Positions 39,430 through 52,124 of a stretch of DNA of 52,124 nt are shown piece after piece. The stretch covers positions 1-52,124 of the forward strand of contig NW_021833987.1 of NCBI RefSeq assembly GCF_006345805.1, given 5' to 3'. The DNA is from Octopus sinensis (lineage: Eukaryota). Below the pieces are notes generated by a model that did not search any database, was not told where the DNA came from, and was given only the letters and a program-made list of their open reading frames with translations. The translations under genes were made by a program, and so were the position numbers. Positions within the stretch are counted from its first letter, which is position 1, and each line of letters begins with the position of its first letter.

Positions 39430-39880
39430 GAATGTCACAGGATCGTTCCAGAAGAGTACTGAGTCTTGAGTGCAGAAAGCAAAGTTGCGGTGAGATTGGC
39501 GGTCCAGTACAAAAAGCTCAGCTGTTATGCGGAAGAACTCAAGAAAAAGAAAATGAAAACTGAAGGGAAAGCTGCAACAACAACAGCATCTGATCACAGA
39601 AGCTACTGTTCTCCTGGCACCACCAGTCAATGCTCTGGGAGTGTCGGGAAATATCGTCTCGTCTCCTAGTCCTAGAAAAGAATTACCGAGTCCTCGTCCA
39701 CCCCAGCCAAAAACAACATTACTCCCATCGTCTTGTGACGATGAGGAGCTAGATAATAAACAGGGGTCGAAGACTGTGGAGGGCAGTGGAATGAGTAAGA
39801 GAGAAAAAAAACTAAAAATGTCAAGTAGATTCGAAGGGAAGGCGAGTAGAACGTGTGCGGATGGGTTCATCTTTTTCTAG
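39430..39880 (+). pseudogene. Decayed coding-like segment, possibly a retroelement ORF1/gag remnant
   Basis: Two overlapping ORFs in different frames (39466-39669, 39641-39880) give Lys/Pro/Ser-rich peptides (KKLSCYAEELKKKK; SSPSPRKELPSPRPPQPK). No clear splice sites. Confidence 0.35.
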
Positions 39881-40316
39881 AGACGTATGGGATCACAGTG
39901 CTTCGTGTAGCAACGTCCAACTGTGAGACTATCTAAGTGGCCTGCAATAACCATTAGACGAAGTGTAGATTTGCAAAGAGAAGAGCCCCGATTATGTGGG
40001 GCACATAGGAAATAAGCTGTTGGTGAAAACCACATTTAAAAGATTTTGAACCCACTTAGACATTTGAGTTATACACAGACTCATTCGGTACTAACGGTTA
40101 CTAATATCAAGACAAAGAATACTGGGAATGGAAGGTTGATGAGCCCATGTGATGCATTTATCAAACCCAAGCTGTAGTTTCTCACCTGTGTACAGAAGGA
40201 TTGCACTTAATTTGTGTTTATATTTATAATTCTTTTAATGTGTTTATATATACTTATTTAATTACTTTTAGTAATTAATAAAATGCTAACACGTCTCAAC
40301 GTTTTGTAATAAAGCA

Positions 40317-40960
40317 AAGGCGGTGAGCTGGCAGAATCGTTAGCACGCCGCACAAAATGCTTAGCAGCATTTTGTTCTTCTTTACGTTCAAATTCCGCCA
40401 AGGTCGATTTTCATTTTCATCTATTCGGGGTCGATAAAATGAGTACCAGCTGAACACAGGCGTTGATGTAATCGACTTATCCCTCCCACCGAACTTGCAG
40501 GCCTTGGACCAAAATTTGAATCCAATCTTTTGTATTTAAGTCTTTGGCCCACTGCCACTTTTGTTATTTAACTTCGTATATACTCATGCTTTTGTGACCT
40601 CTTTAAAACGTTTTCTGTATGTGTGAATATAATTGTTCCGTATCTTCATGTTCAGAGTTCAAATCCTGTCGAGGTCAACTTTGCTTTTCATCCCAGTGAG
40701 GGTCGATAAAATAAAGTACCAGTGAAGTACTAAGATCGCAGATATCGACTAACCCCTTCATTTAATGTTGTTGACCCCGTGCTTAAACCAGAAACCATCC
40801 TTATTGAAAGTGGTTCTTTATATTCTGATTTCAAATCTCAACAAGATCAATTTTGCTTTTCACTCCACCAGGTTCGATAAACTCCCATTCAAGTACCGAG
40901 GCTGGTTGAATGGACTAACCCCTTCCTACAAAATTACCCGCCTTGTACCTATGTGACAAT
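40317..40960 (+). mobile_element. Cluster of SINE family B copies and fragments
   Basis: Full copy at about 40317-40525 plus partial copies. Other plus-strand copies at about 11430-11660, 19000-19200, 38665-38848, 43995-44190, 48895-49070 and 50440-50975; minus-strand copy at 46228-46437. Confidence 0.8.
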
Positions 40961-41970
40961 CATCATCATCATCGTCTTGCCCCCCCCCCCCAGCCGCCGC
41001 TGCCACCACCACAACCATTAAAGCCACCATCATCTTCAGTACTTAAAGAAGATGAAAAATCCTCAAACGTCTTATGAAGGGTTACCCTCTGTCACCCAGG
41101 GTTTTTACTGTTCTGGTTTCATGGAAAATAGTCTCAAAGCCTCCATGGTCCACTGAAAAGTTTGCGACAGCACATCTGTCACGTGGCAACTATCAATTAT
41201 TAACTACACCATGACAGGAAGGATTCTAACGACAAGTGATTGATTATAGTTCAATTTATTACAATTCACGCCTAACACAGACGGAGTGTAGACGTAGCTG
41301 GATGAGCGTGAATGAATGTGTGAGTGCATGAGTGCGCGCATAGGTTATACGCGTGCTGCAGATACGAAGAAGGCATGCTGATTGTGTGTGTGTGTGTGAG
41401 TGTGTGTGTGTGTGGTGTGTGTGCGCGTGTGTGTGCATGTTTGTGTGTGCATACATACATACTTACATTCATACATACGTACGTACATACATATATGCAT
41501 GCATACACACATACATACATGCATACATACATACTTGCATTCATACATATGCACGTACATACATGCATACATACATACTTGCATTCATACGTACATACAT
41601 ACATATATACATACAAACATATACACATATATACATACATACTTGCACACACACATACATACATACATACATGTATACACATATATATACATAAATACTT
41701 GCATACACACACATACATACATGCATGCATACACACACATACATACATACATGCATACATACATACATACATACATACATACATACGTAATAGACATACA
41801 TATTATACATACATATATAATATACATAATTACATACGTACATACATACATACGTACACACACAGATGCATACATAATATACATACCTACTTAAATGTTT
41901 GCTTTTACGTTCTGTTATAAAAACAATTCTACATTAGTCTGATGGGTTACTCTACTTTTGTAGAGTACAA

Positions 41971-42106
41971 ATTTATTGTCCTTATAGAAGAATGTTGTTG
42001 ATAGAGACTTCGAATTTTGGGCTAGCTAAGTATTCGCCCGACGATATCTTAGCCGGCTGAGACTTCGAAGTCACTGTCAATAACATTTTGTACATGAATA
42101 ATAAAT
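41971..42106. mobile_element. Palindromic MITE-like element
   Basis: The two halves are inverted copies (AATGTTGTTGATAGAGACTTCGAA / TTCGAAGTCACTGTCAATAACATT). A single related arm lies at about 36617-36670. Confidence 0.6.
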
Positions 42107-43045
42107 ACACACACATACACACACATACTTGCATACATAAATACGTACATACGTCCATCCATACATAGATATAGATTGCTAAATAACAATTCGTATAGGT
42201 ATACAGAAATTTTGATAGACAGATTTAAGCACAAATGCATTCGTCGAGTGAGACAGGCAATTATAAACGAAAAAGGAACAAGACAAAAACAAAACAATAA
42301 TAATATTTACGTAAAAGTACGTTAAAAAACACAAAATCAGTTTTCTTCTCTGCCAACACATCACCAAGCTAATAAGAGAACTTTTATGGCATCGTGCGAC
42401 TTGCCACGAATAGTAGCCAAATCTCTCTTATGTTACACATTCCATTTTGAAAGAACACGAAGAACCATAGCAGCAGCTGGCAGAGATGCTTTCGTCTACT
42501 GCTACAATAGTAGGCTGTACCTCTTCCAATCTGGCTGTCACGTGTCATTTATACCCTGGTCTACCCGACAGTGGAGGCAGGTAGCTTAGTGGCCAGGGTG
42601 CTGTGCTCATGGACTTTAGACTGGTTTCGATTCCTTGACGAGGCGACGCGTTTTGTTCATGAGCACAACACTTCATTTCACATGCTCCAGTCCGCTCAGC
42701 TGGCAAAAATGAGTAATCCTTTGTCAGACCGGCGTCCCGTCCCGTCCCACGGAAACCGGCCCTATGAGTCTATATGACTTTAGAAGGATCTTTATACTTT
42801 ATCCTCTATCCACTCGGCACAGACACACATCTAGTCCCCTTGTCATCCATATTGCGTCTGTCTGCTTGCCTCGTGGGCCTCCCCTTAACAACTACACCCA
42901 ATCCTTTTTTTCCAGGAAATCACCCTTCTTATGTATTCTTTTGATTTGATTTGCGAAGAGTTGCCCAAGAAGATCAATACGATATCTTCACTAAACTGTC
43001 ATAGAGGACCTGTGGTGGCTTTGAGCACAGTCCCTGCCTTTAGGC

Positions 43046-43305
43046 CAGTGATTCTTAACCATTTTTTGCCTATGGACCGCTTTGATTCCTACATTACTCG
43101 GATGGAATCTCATAACCATTGCATGCTTAAAAAAACACCATTATATTTTTTTATAATTAAATATTATTAGGAATTGTATAAAAAATAGTTTAAATATTTT
43201 GTCTTGCACAAATAAATTGGTTATATTTTACTTATGCATAAATTTTAGCAACAAAGCCTTATATGAACCCCTAAGGGTCGTATGGACCCTGGTTGAGAAC
43301 CACAG
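43046..43305. mobile_element. hAT-type MITE, uninterrupted copy
   Basis: Terminal inverted repeats CAGTGATTCTTAACC / GGTTGAGAACCACAG. A homologous interrupted copy lies at 18849-20829. Confidence 0.7.
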
Positions 43306-44320
43306 TTCTAGAGCAAACCATAAATCGGGCAAAAAGAGGAACACAGATGAGACATTATAACTGGGCGGAGAGAAAACGAAAAAGAAAGAATGAATGAAAG
43401 AAAGGAAGAAAGAAAGAATAGAAGGAAAAATGACGATTACAGTTGGAATTTGCTTGACTTGGCTAAACAACAATAGGAACAATAACAACAACAAATTCCA
43501 GTCCGTCTTTCAGAGAAGAATAAAAATTTAAAAAATACATAAATAACAGTGTGTGAGGAGACCGTTAGTTGTTGTCTGTCTGTAAAATTTATTCAGAGAA
43601 GTTTGTAGATTTTATTGATAACATCGTCTGCCGACATTTCCAGCACAGTCACTAGTTTACTACGGGACAGTCCCAGTTAAGTCTTGTTTGAGTAGACTTA
43701 TAATCAAAAGCGTCCTAGTCACGACCAACCCGTTTTCTTACCCCAGTCGTTGTAAAACTCGAAATTTGGTAAATTGGCGGGGGTCACTAGATCTTCGGAA
43801 TAGGCTGCCTTGTAATATTTTCTGTCTCTTTGCACTTGAGTTCAAATCACGTTGAATTCAACCTTACCCTTTTTTGTTGTTGTCGATAAATAAATGAAAT
43901 AAGGCAGCGAGCTGGCTTATTTCATTTAATTATTTAGTTACTCGTTTAGTAATTATAAAATCTTAAGACATTTCATTATTTTTTGTATTAAAGTAAGGCG
44001 GCAGCTCGCAGAATCGTTAACACGCCGGGCAAAATGCTTAGCGACATTTCGTCCGTCTTCACACTCTGAGTTCAAATTTCACTTTTTCAAGGTCTATAAA
44101 ATAAGTACTAGTTGAGCACTGGGGTCAATGTAATCGACTTACCTTCCCATCCGATTTTGGTGGTCTTATGCCAAAATTTGAAATCAATAAATAAATAAAT
44201 AATACCAGTCGAAGTTTGCGTATTGGCGGAATTGTTAGAGCGTCGGATAAGATGCATTACAGTATATATCCCAGCTCTTTCAAACTCCGCCTTGTATTAC
44301 TACCCTCCACATAACAGGAA

Positions 44321-44590
44321 AGTGGAGGCACATGGCCTAGTAGTTAGAGCAGCGGACTCGCGGTCGATATGTGTGTTCATGAGCGAAACACCTAAGCTCC
44401 ACGCGACTCCAGCAGAAGGTAATGGCGAACTTCTGCTGACTCTTTCGCCACAACTTTCTCTCACTCTTTCCTCCTGCATCTTACAATTCACCGGCGACGG
44501 ACCGGCGTCCCGTCCAGGCGGGGAACCTATACGCCAAGGAAACCGGGAAACCAGCCCTATGAGCCAGGCATGATTTGAGAAGGAACAAAC
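44321..44590 (+). mobile_element. tRNA-derived SINE family C variant
   Basis: A-box TGGCCTAGTAG. Body matches 34275-34566 but the 3' part matches 42728-42770. Confidence 0.75.
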
Positions 44591-45719
44591 ATGTCAGAAA
44601 AAGGTCTTGGCTATTGTCGGACAGAGTGATGTGTCGACTGGAGTAACATTTCAGTGGCATCCCTAAAACAAGAAAATCCAGTAGCAAAAGGAATAAACCT
44701 TATGACCGAAATGAGGAAAAAGAGAAAAAAAAAAGAAAAAAGAAAAAAAAAGCGTAACTCAGACCCCACTTTCTTATCTCTCCTATTTTCTAATGGCAAT
44801 ATGTGATTTTGGGGTATTGTTTCTTGCTGATCAATCGACCGTATAGGAAACTTTTCCAGATTCGATTGTGTGTCGTCGATATTATAGTGGCAGCTGTTGT
44901 TGTTTAACCCCAGGTCAGCTCTTATGCAGATGAGAAAGCAGAATTTGTACCTATTGGTGTTGTCTTTGAATCTTTTGAACCATTCCCGCTATAAACACAA
45001 CATAACGTGCCTCAAGCCTCGAAATGCAATCCGGTGGGGACGCATTCCCCGCTCCCTTTAGCTACACTAATGGAAGTAACTCCAAGATAGAAAGTCTTCC
45101 CATCTTGACGTTCCCGTATTTCTCGTGTTTTTTTTGCATTTTATCTTATTTCATTTTAGAACTATACTATCCACCAACGTTACCTGCTTTAGAGCGACAA
45201 GATATGATATTAAGGAAAGTCAGGACTTAATTCAAGCAGCGTAAGTGATCGCATAGAAGCCCTTACTTTTTAGTCCGAAATAAAGCTGGCGTGTAACATT
45301 AAATACTTTGCCTTAAATGTACAATGAAATACGTCGGCATTCTCTTAAATATTCTACAATTCAATCGGATTTTTCAGTTAAGCAACGAGGAACAGCACTT
45401 GAAGCAAACTTTAGATCACAAATCGAACGTATAAACTAGGAAAGAAATAGTCAAGTTGCGTAATTTCTGTGGAATAGTCTGTGTGTGTGTGTGTGTGTAA
45501 ATGTTATGTATGCGTGTGTGTATCTGTGTACGTGCAAAAATGAAGTGACAACTGAGGCAGGGGAATGGTGATAGTTATTGCCAATCAATCATGACCCCTT
45601 CAAAATGAAAGTTGCTAACCCTTGCCCATTCCGACTTCCTTTATTTGTAGAACTACGCTGTTGAATTCATGTTCCATAGACATTAGTGTTACTTCATTGC
45701 CAACACCACCTTCGTCCTG

Positions 45720-46570
45720 TAGACCTATCAGGAAAGACATTCCAACAGTGACCATCACTTATTATCGTTTTAAATGTGGAACTACATTATCTAAGACGAT
45801 AGAGCTGTTATCCGAAGCAGATTTGGCAGCTGTTTATAACAGGGTCTCACTCGCTGATTCATTGCATACTTCGTTATCTATAACGCTAGGGTGTGATATG
45901 AGAGAAATTTGGCTGTGATTTCTAACAGGTCAAACGACTACCTAGACTATTCTTTGTTACTAGGTACTGTTCAAAAGCATTCCGGTCGTAAACACTCATC
46001 TTTTTAAACAGTATATCTGGAACTACATTTTTGAATGCGATTTGGGAGCTTTAGCTGATATTTTTAGCACAGGTTTAGACCACATAAAGTTTCTTCGTTG
46101 TCTGACTGATATTCTTGTTCAAGAGTAATAGTGTGTATGTGTGCGTGTGCCTTGGGAAATATTAGTTAGTCCAACTTAGGACGAGTGGCATATGTTGCTA
46201 TTGTTTAATCCCAGGTCAGCACAATCTTTTCTATTCCTTTCTACTCTCGGCACAAGACCCAAAATTTTGGAGGAGGGGGCCAGTCGATTAGATTGACTTC
46301 AGTACGCAACTGGTACTTAACTTATCGACCTCGAAAAGATGAAAAGCAAAGTCGAGCTCGGCGGAATTTGAACTCAGAACATATAGATAGACGAAATACT
46401 ACTAAGGACTTCGCCCGGCGTTCTAACGTCTCTGCCTAAGATTAAATGCAGTCCAAACGTGACAACCATCACATTTTTTCTTCTTTTAGATATAGCATAC
46501 TCAAAACTACATTATATTCCAGAGGGAGATTTGGCTGCTATTTCTAGCAGGCTACGAGACCACATTTGAA
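45720..46570 (+). repeat. Cluster of an old dispersed repeat with core GGGAGATTTGGCTGCTATTTCTAGCAGG
   Basis: Best core at 46524-46551. Degenerate cores at about 9693, 10398, 11137, 14482, 14622, 45818, 45900 and 46045 (plus) and about 8986, 23516, 32606, 38106 and 42407 (minus). Confidence 0.65.
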
Positions 46571-46735
46571 GTCGTTCTCGTTTTTACTGGTGTTTATATG
46601 AAGTGTTTAAAAGATGTTAGCATCGTTGCTGTGTATATTGTGTTTGGACGTTGTTTATTAATATGTTGTCTGTCAGTCTGTCAGGCTGTCGATCTATCTG
46701 TCTATGCATTTATCTGTCTGTCTTCTTGTCTATGT

Positions 46736-46817
<82 letters not shown>

Positions 46818-47218
46818 TCATCCAATATATATATATATATATATTAAACCTGTTATATATTAACATCAACTATGATCACCGGCGTTCCATTTATGACTAT
46901 TCCATATTTTTATATATGTAGTAATGCATTTTACAATGTAATCAAATCACAGCCTATTGTCTAAAAACAAATGAAACAGTTTTTAAAGATCATAGGGTGA
47001 GATTTGAGTGTGAATTGACTACTACTTTTAGCGTTTAGGGAATCTTCTAGATATTACTGTATGTCTTTGGGTATGTCTGAGTTATCACAGGTGAGAGAAA
47101 AATTGTCAGGTGAAACAGAATTTCCCATATAAACTCGCCGAAACCATTGAATTGGTATGTATGTATGTATGTATGTATGTATGTATGTATGTATGTATGT
47201 ATGTATGTATGTATGTAT

Positions 47219-47437
47219 CTCTTTTACTCTTTTGCTTGTTTTAGTAATTTGACTGCGGCCATGCTGGAGTACCGCCTTTAGTCAAGCAAATCGACCCCAG
47301 GACTTATTCTTTGTAAGCGTAATACTTATTCTATCGGTTTCTTTTGCCGAACCGCTAATTTACGGGGACATAAACACACCAGCATCGATTGTCAAGCGTT
47401 GTTGGGGGGGGGGGCGATCACAGATACACAAACACAC

Positions 47438-47511
<74 letters not shown>

Positions 47512-47677
47512 TACGACGGGCTTCTTTTAGTTTCCATCTATCAGGTCCACTCAAAAGGCTTTGGTCGGCTCGAGACTATAGTAGAAGACACTTCCCCAAG
47601 GTGCCACGCAGTGGGACTGAACCTAGAACCATGTGCTTGGTAAGCAAGCTACTAGCCACACAGCCACTCCTGTGCCT
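47219..47677 (-). mobile_element. SINE family A, full length, inserted in (TATG)n
   Basis: Reverse-complement match with TATG repeats on both flanks. Confidence 0.9.
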
Positions 47678-47699
47678 GTATGTATGTATTTATGAATGT

Positions 47700-48495
47700 T
47701 CTCTTCTTCTTTTTGTTATTTAAATTTTTCCTCTAGGGAAGGAGCCGGTTCCTAACAAAGATACAAAGCTCCATCGATGGAATGTAGATAATGAATACAA
47801 TGTCACGTTCTAAACTTGACAAAAGTCTTGCATATTTTTATTGTTCCCCAGACAGATAGTATTTTTAGTGTGCGAATTAGTTGGCTGATTTCTTTTTCTG
47901 AAAATCCAAGCTCATGCGGGGCGTCACTTAAGCATTTACTCACAAAACCAAGTACACCAATTCTTATTGGTACCAATGTAAATTTGTAATCTGGATATAG
48001 AAGCTGGAGGTTTCGAAGCAGTTGTCCATAGTTATCATCTTTCTCTTTTATTTCCAAAGAGTTATTCACACCAACAGGACAGCTGCCCTCTATCACCATA
48101 CATACTTTTGCTTGTCTGTACCAAACAACAATTTCTGGCCTGTTATGCTTACACTTGACAGATATTTTGATGAAAATGTTCCACCAATGTTCCTTGGATT
48201 GATGTTTGTATATGTACTCAATAACGGGGATTCTCTATAGTTATTCCAGGGCAGTCTTTTTTTTTCTGAATGGCATTGTATATTGCTTTTGCGACTGCGT
48301 CGTGTCGCATACAAAGGAAGTACCTTGATGATACTTTTGGGCAGCTGCTAATCCCATATGTGATATCTTCCACAGAAATATGACATAATCTCCATTTCAA
48401 GGATTTCACTGTTTCTTTAGTTTATTAGGTATTTAGTAGCAATCTCCGGTTCTTGTATTGCAAGTGCATAGCTTTGGAAGTGTGATGTGAGTAGC
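47700..48495 (-). mobile_element. 5'-truncated decayed Dong/R4-like non-LTR retrotransposon (3' end with RLE domain and short 3' UTR)
   Basis: Minus strand TSHFQSYALAIQEPEIATKYL, RLCHISVEDITYGISSCP...MRHDAVAK, and VIEGSCP...EKDDNYGQL...VPIRIGVLG, ending at a stop at 47803-47805. Confidence 0.8.
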
Positions 48496-49866
48496 GCTCT
48501 GTCTGTTTATATGTATGTATGTAATTGCATCGTAGTATGTGTGGATTTGTATTTGTATATATTCGTATGTCTAAACGTGTGTATATGTGCTTACAAGAGG
48601 TTATGCATATTTCGTTGTCTACTTACTTCTTGTAACTCTAATTTTCTAATATGTCATGTTTTTTTTTACCTTTCTGGCTATGTGAAACACAGATTGCAAA
48701 GATTGGCATTGAGGGTGTTACATAATCCTGCATATCAATAATTTAAGCTAGTTTCCAAAATTATTTGGTGGACCGGGACGTTTTCTTTTTTTGACTAGAT
48801 TTCTCCTCTCACACATACCCCACGACGTTATTCTCAAAAATGAACAATTGCATAATCGAAACTTAGAAGTTATAAGATAATGCACGATGAATTTAGGCGG
48901 CGAACTGGCAGAATCGTCAGCACGCCGGACAAAATGCTTAGCGGCATTTCGTCCGTCCTTACGTTCTGTGTTCAAATTCCGCCGAGGTTGACTTCGCCTT
49001 TCATCCGATAAAAAATGTACCAATTGAGCACTTGGGTCGATGTAATCGCTTTATCTCCTCCTTTGAAACTAATAAATAAATAAGATACCAGTCGAGTTTG
49101 TGTATTGTGTATCAACTATGATTAGTTTAAAACAACGTGAATAAATAAACTATACATTTGTAATCTGAATGCTAAAGGGGTCTTATATGAATGATATCTG
49201 GTCTGTTAGGACTACGTTTTACTGAAGTCCTGTCAAGAATATTCCATCAGAATTCTTTCATATACATGTCGAAAGCGTCAGTTGTTATCGCGTCCGATTG
49301 AATAACTAACAGTATTTGTTCCATTTCGGTATTCTCTGAGTTCAAATCCGACCGAGGTCAGTTTTTTAACTTTTGTTTTTTTTTTTCTTTTGAGGTCGAA
49401 GAAAATATACCAGTCCCAGTACGGTGGACTGGTGGAAATATGAGAACATCGGAGCGGATTCTTTGCAGAATTTGTTCTGGGTCTTTACGTTCTGTGTTCA
49501 ATCCTCACCATTGCCTACATGGTTGGTAAACGCAGTCATCCACAACCCAGCTTAACAACCACTAACTTGCATCTTTACGAAATCTACTCATCAAACATTC
49601 GGGCCAGATCCTTGATTTCAAGACATCGTCTTCCATCCCTTCTTATTTCGGGCTTCCTGTGAAAGATCGTGAACACTGCTTTCCCTTCCAACTATAAAAG
49701 GATAAACACGAGTCACTGTATGTATGTATGTATGTATGTATGTATGTATGTATGTATGTATGTATGTATGTATGTGTGTATGTGTGTGTGTATATGCATT
49801 TGTATGCAACTACGTATGTATGTATATATGTATGTATGCATATATGTATATAAAGGTGTATATATA

Positions 49867-49897
<31 letters not shown>

Positions 49898-50779
49898 GTG
49901 TGTGTATATATGCATTTGTATGCAACTATGTATGTATGTATATATGTATGCATATATGTATATAAAGGTGTATATATATATATATGTATGTATGTGTGTA
50001 TATGTATATGTGTGTGCGTGGGTATATATATGTTTGTATGAGTGTACAAATGTGCGCATGAATGTGTGTGTGTGTGTTCGTTATATGTTTAAAGTAGTTA
50101 TTCCCAGTTCTGGGACTACAATGCGTATGCATGTGCATTCGTGTATATATGACTGACATTGATTGCCTGACAATCCAATTCGTTTTTGCATGTCTGTGTT
50201 CGTGTGTGCGTGCTGCGAACATATTTGTGTCGAACTGTCCCTCGTTCTGTTTATCTTAATCGCGTGTAAACACTTCTACGGATGTGTTTATGTGTGCGTG
50301 TAGAATTCTACGTTTATGTGTTTAGGCCTGGAATATTCCATGTTGTAGTTGTGTGCGTGTCTGTGCTTCTAGAACTGTTTGCGCTTCATATAGGCATGTT
50401 TGTCTGTAAGAGTCGCTGTGTTGTAAGTAGCACTTATTTGACCGCTCAGTGGCATTTCATCAGACGCTTTATGCTCTGAGTTCAAATCTCAGCCACCTTA
50501 ACTTTGCTTTTCATCCTTTCGAGGTCTATAAAATAGGTACCAGTGAAGCACTTGGGTCGATGTAAATCAGCTTATACTCTCCTCAGAAATTGCTGACCTT
50601 GTCCTCCAAAATTTGAAACCGTTATTATTATTATTACTAATAAAAAGAGGCAGCAAGCAGGGAGATTCGTTAGCGTGTCGGACAAAATGCCTTTCATCAT
50701 ATCGGGGTCGATAAAATGAGTTCCAGTCAAGCACTGGAGTCGAGGTAATCGATACGACACCACGCCTAAATTTGAGGAC

Positions 50780-50886
<107 letters not shown>

Positions 50887-51228
50887 GGTGGCGAACTGGC
50901 AAAATCTTTAGCACGCTTGACTAAAATGCTTAGCGGTATTTCAAAAATCGCTGCGTTTTGAGTTCCATTTCCGAGTGTGTGTGTGGGTATGCTTATGTGC
51001 ATGTATCTGGTTGTGTGTGCATGTGGGTCTGCAATGGTCACGTGAATGTCTACATATTTTCTAATATTTAATTAACAGCGCGCACGCATACACGTACAAG
51101 CATAATACACACACACACACACACACGCGGTGGCGTGCGCAAAACAGCTTCGCGCAAACATACAGACAGACAGACACGCACATACACATGTAGACAATTA
51201 CGCACTGGTAAACACAAACGAATCGTCT

Positions 51229-51267
<39 letters not shown>

Positions 51268-51334
51268 GTGTGTGTGTTGTTTATGTATGTATGTATGGGA
51301 CACATATATATACACACACACACCACACACACAC

Positions 51335-51392
<58 letters not shown>

Positions 51393-51395
51393 ATA

Positions 51396-51772
51396 TAGGC
51401 GCAAGAGTGGCTGTGTGGTAAGTAGATTGTTTACCAACCACATGGTTCCGGGTTCAGTCCCACTGCGTGGCATCTTGGGGAAGTGTCTTCTACTATAAGC
51501 CCGGGCCGACCAAAGCCTTGTGAGGGATTTGGTAGACGGAAACTGAAAGAAGCCCGTCGTATATATGTATATATATGCGTGTGTGTGTGTTTGTGTGTTT
51601 GTGTGTCTGTGTTTTCCCCCTAGCATTGCTTGACAACCGATGCTGGTGTGTTTATGTCCCCGTTACTTTGCGGTTCGGCAAAAGAGACCGATAGAATAAG
51701 TACTGAGCTTACAAAAGAATAAGTCCCGGGGTCGATTGCTCGATCAAATGACTGAAACAAGTAAAAAGAGTA
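51396..51772 (+). mobile_element. SINE family A inserted in (TA)n
   Basis: Collinear match with a small deletion near the 3' end. Confidence 0.9.
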
Positions 51773-51798
51773 TATACATATATATATATATATATATA

Positions 51799-51837
<39 letters not shown>

Positions 51838-52092
51838 TATATATACACACATACAAAAGCCTGTTTTTTCTAGCAGACGTGTGAGTATGTAGTTACCTGC
51901 TTAAGTGTAGCTTTAAGTGACTGCAGTTTGTATAGCGTCTCCAAATCTCGTCCGTCTCTGTTGTCCTATTTGCTTGTGTCAGTCCACAACTGTCCCGTAA
52001 CTGTGCGACTATAAAAAGAACACAAACGGACGTACATACACACAACAAACCTGTGTGAGTATATACCAAGATACCAATATGTATATATATAT

Positions 52093-52124
<32 letters not shown>

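Overview
AT-rich eukaryotic (animal) genomic DNA dominated by microsatellites and interspersed repeats. The SINE families and repeat style suggest an octopus or other coleoid cephalopod (inference). Nearly all ORFs in the supplied track are translations of simple repeats or SINEs. Supported content: four tRNA-derived SINE families (about 40 copies or fragments), hAT-type MITEs, two decayed restriction-like-endonuclease LINEs (HERO-like at 19.2-20.8 kb, Dong/R4-like at 47.7-48.5 kb), a possible solo LTR and foldback elements. One candidate first coding exon lies on the minus strand (27481-27427, MDNLLRREAGYMRPDSSS then GTAAGC); if real, much of the left half is a long intron. The most notable unannotated signal is 4-5 minimal type I hammerhead ribozyme motifs from unrelated Penelope/retrozyme-like inserts in TA/CA microsatellites, one with a variant core. 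Also notable: a nested transposon stack in which a hAT MITE encloses a doubly truncated LINE, a candidate recursive splice site and a foldback with competing pairings. No intact protein-coding novel system is visible. All calls were made by eye and repeat boundaries are approximate.
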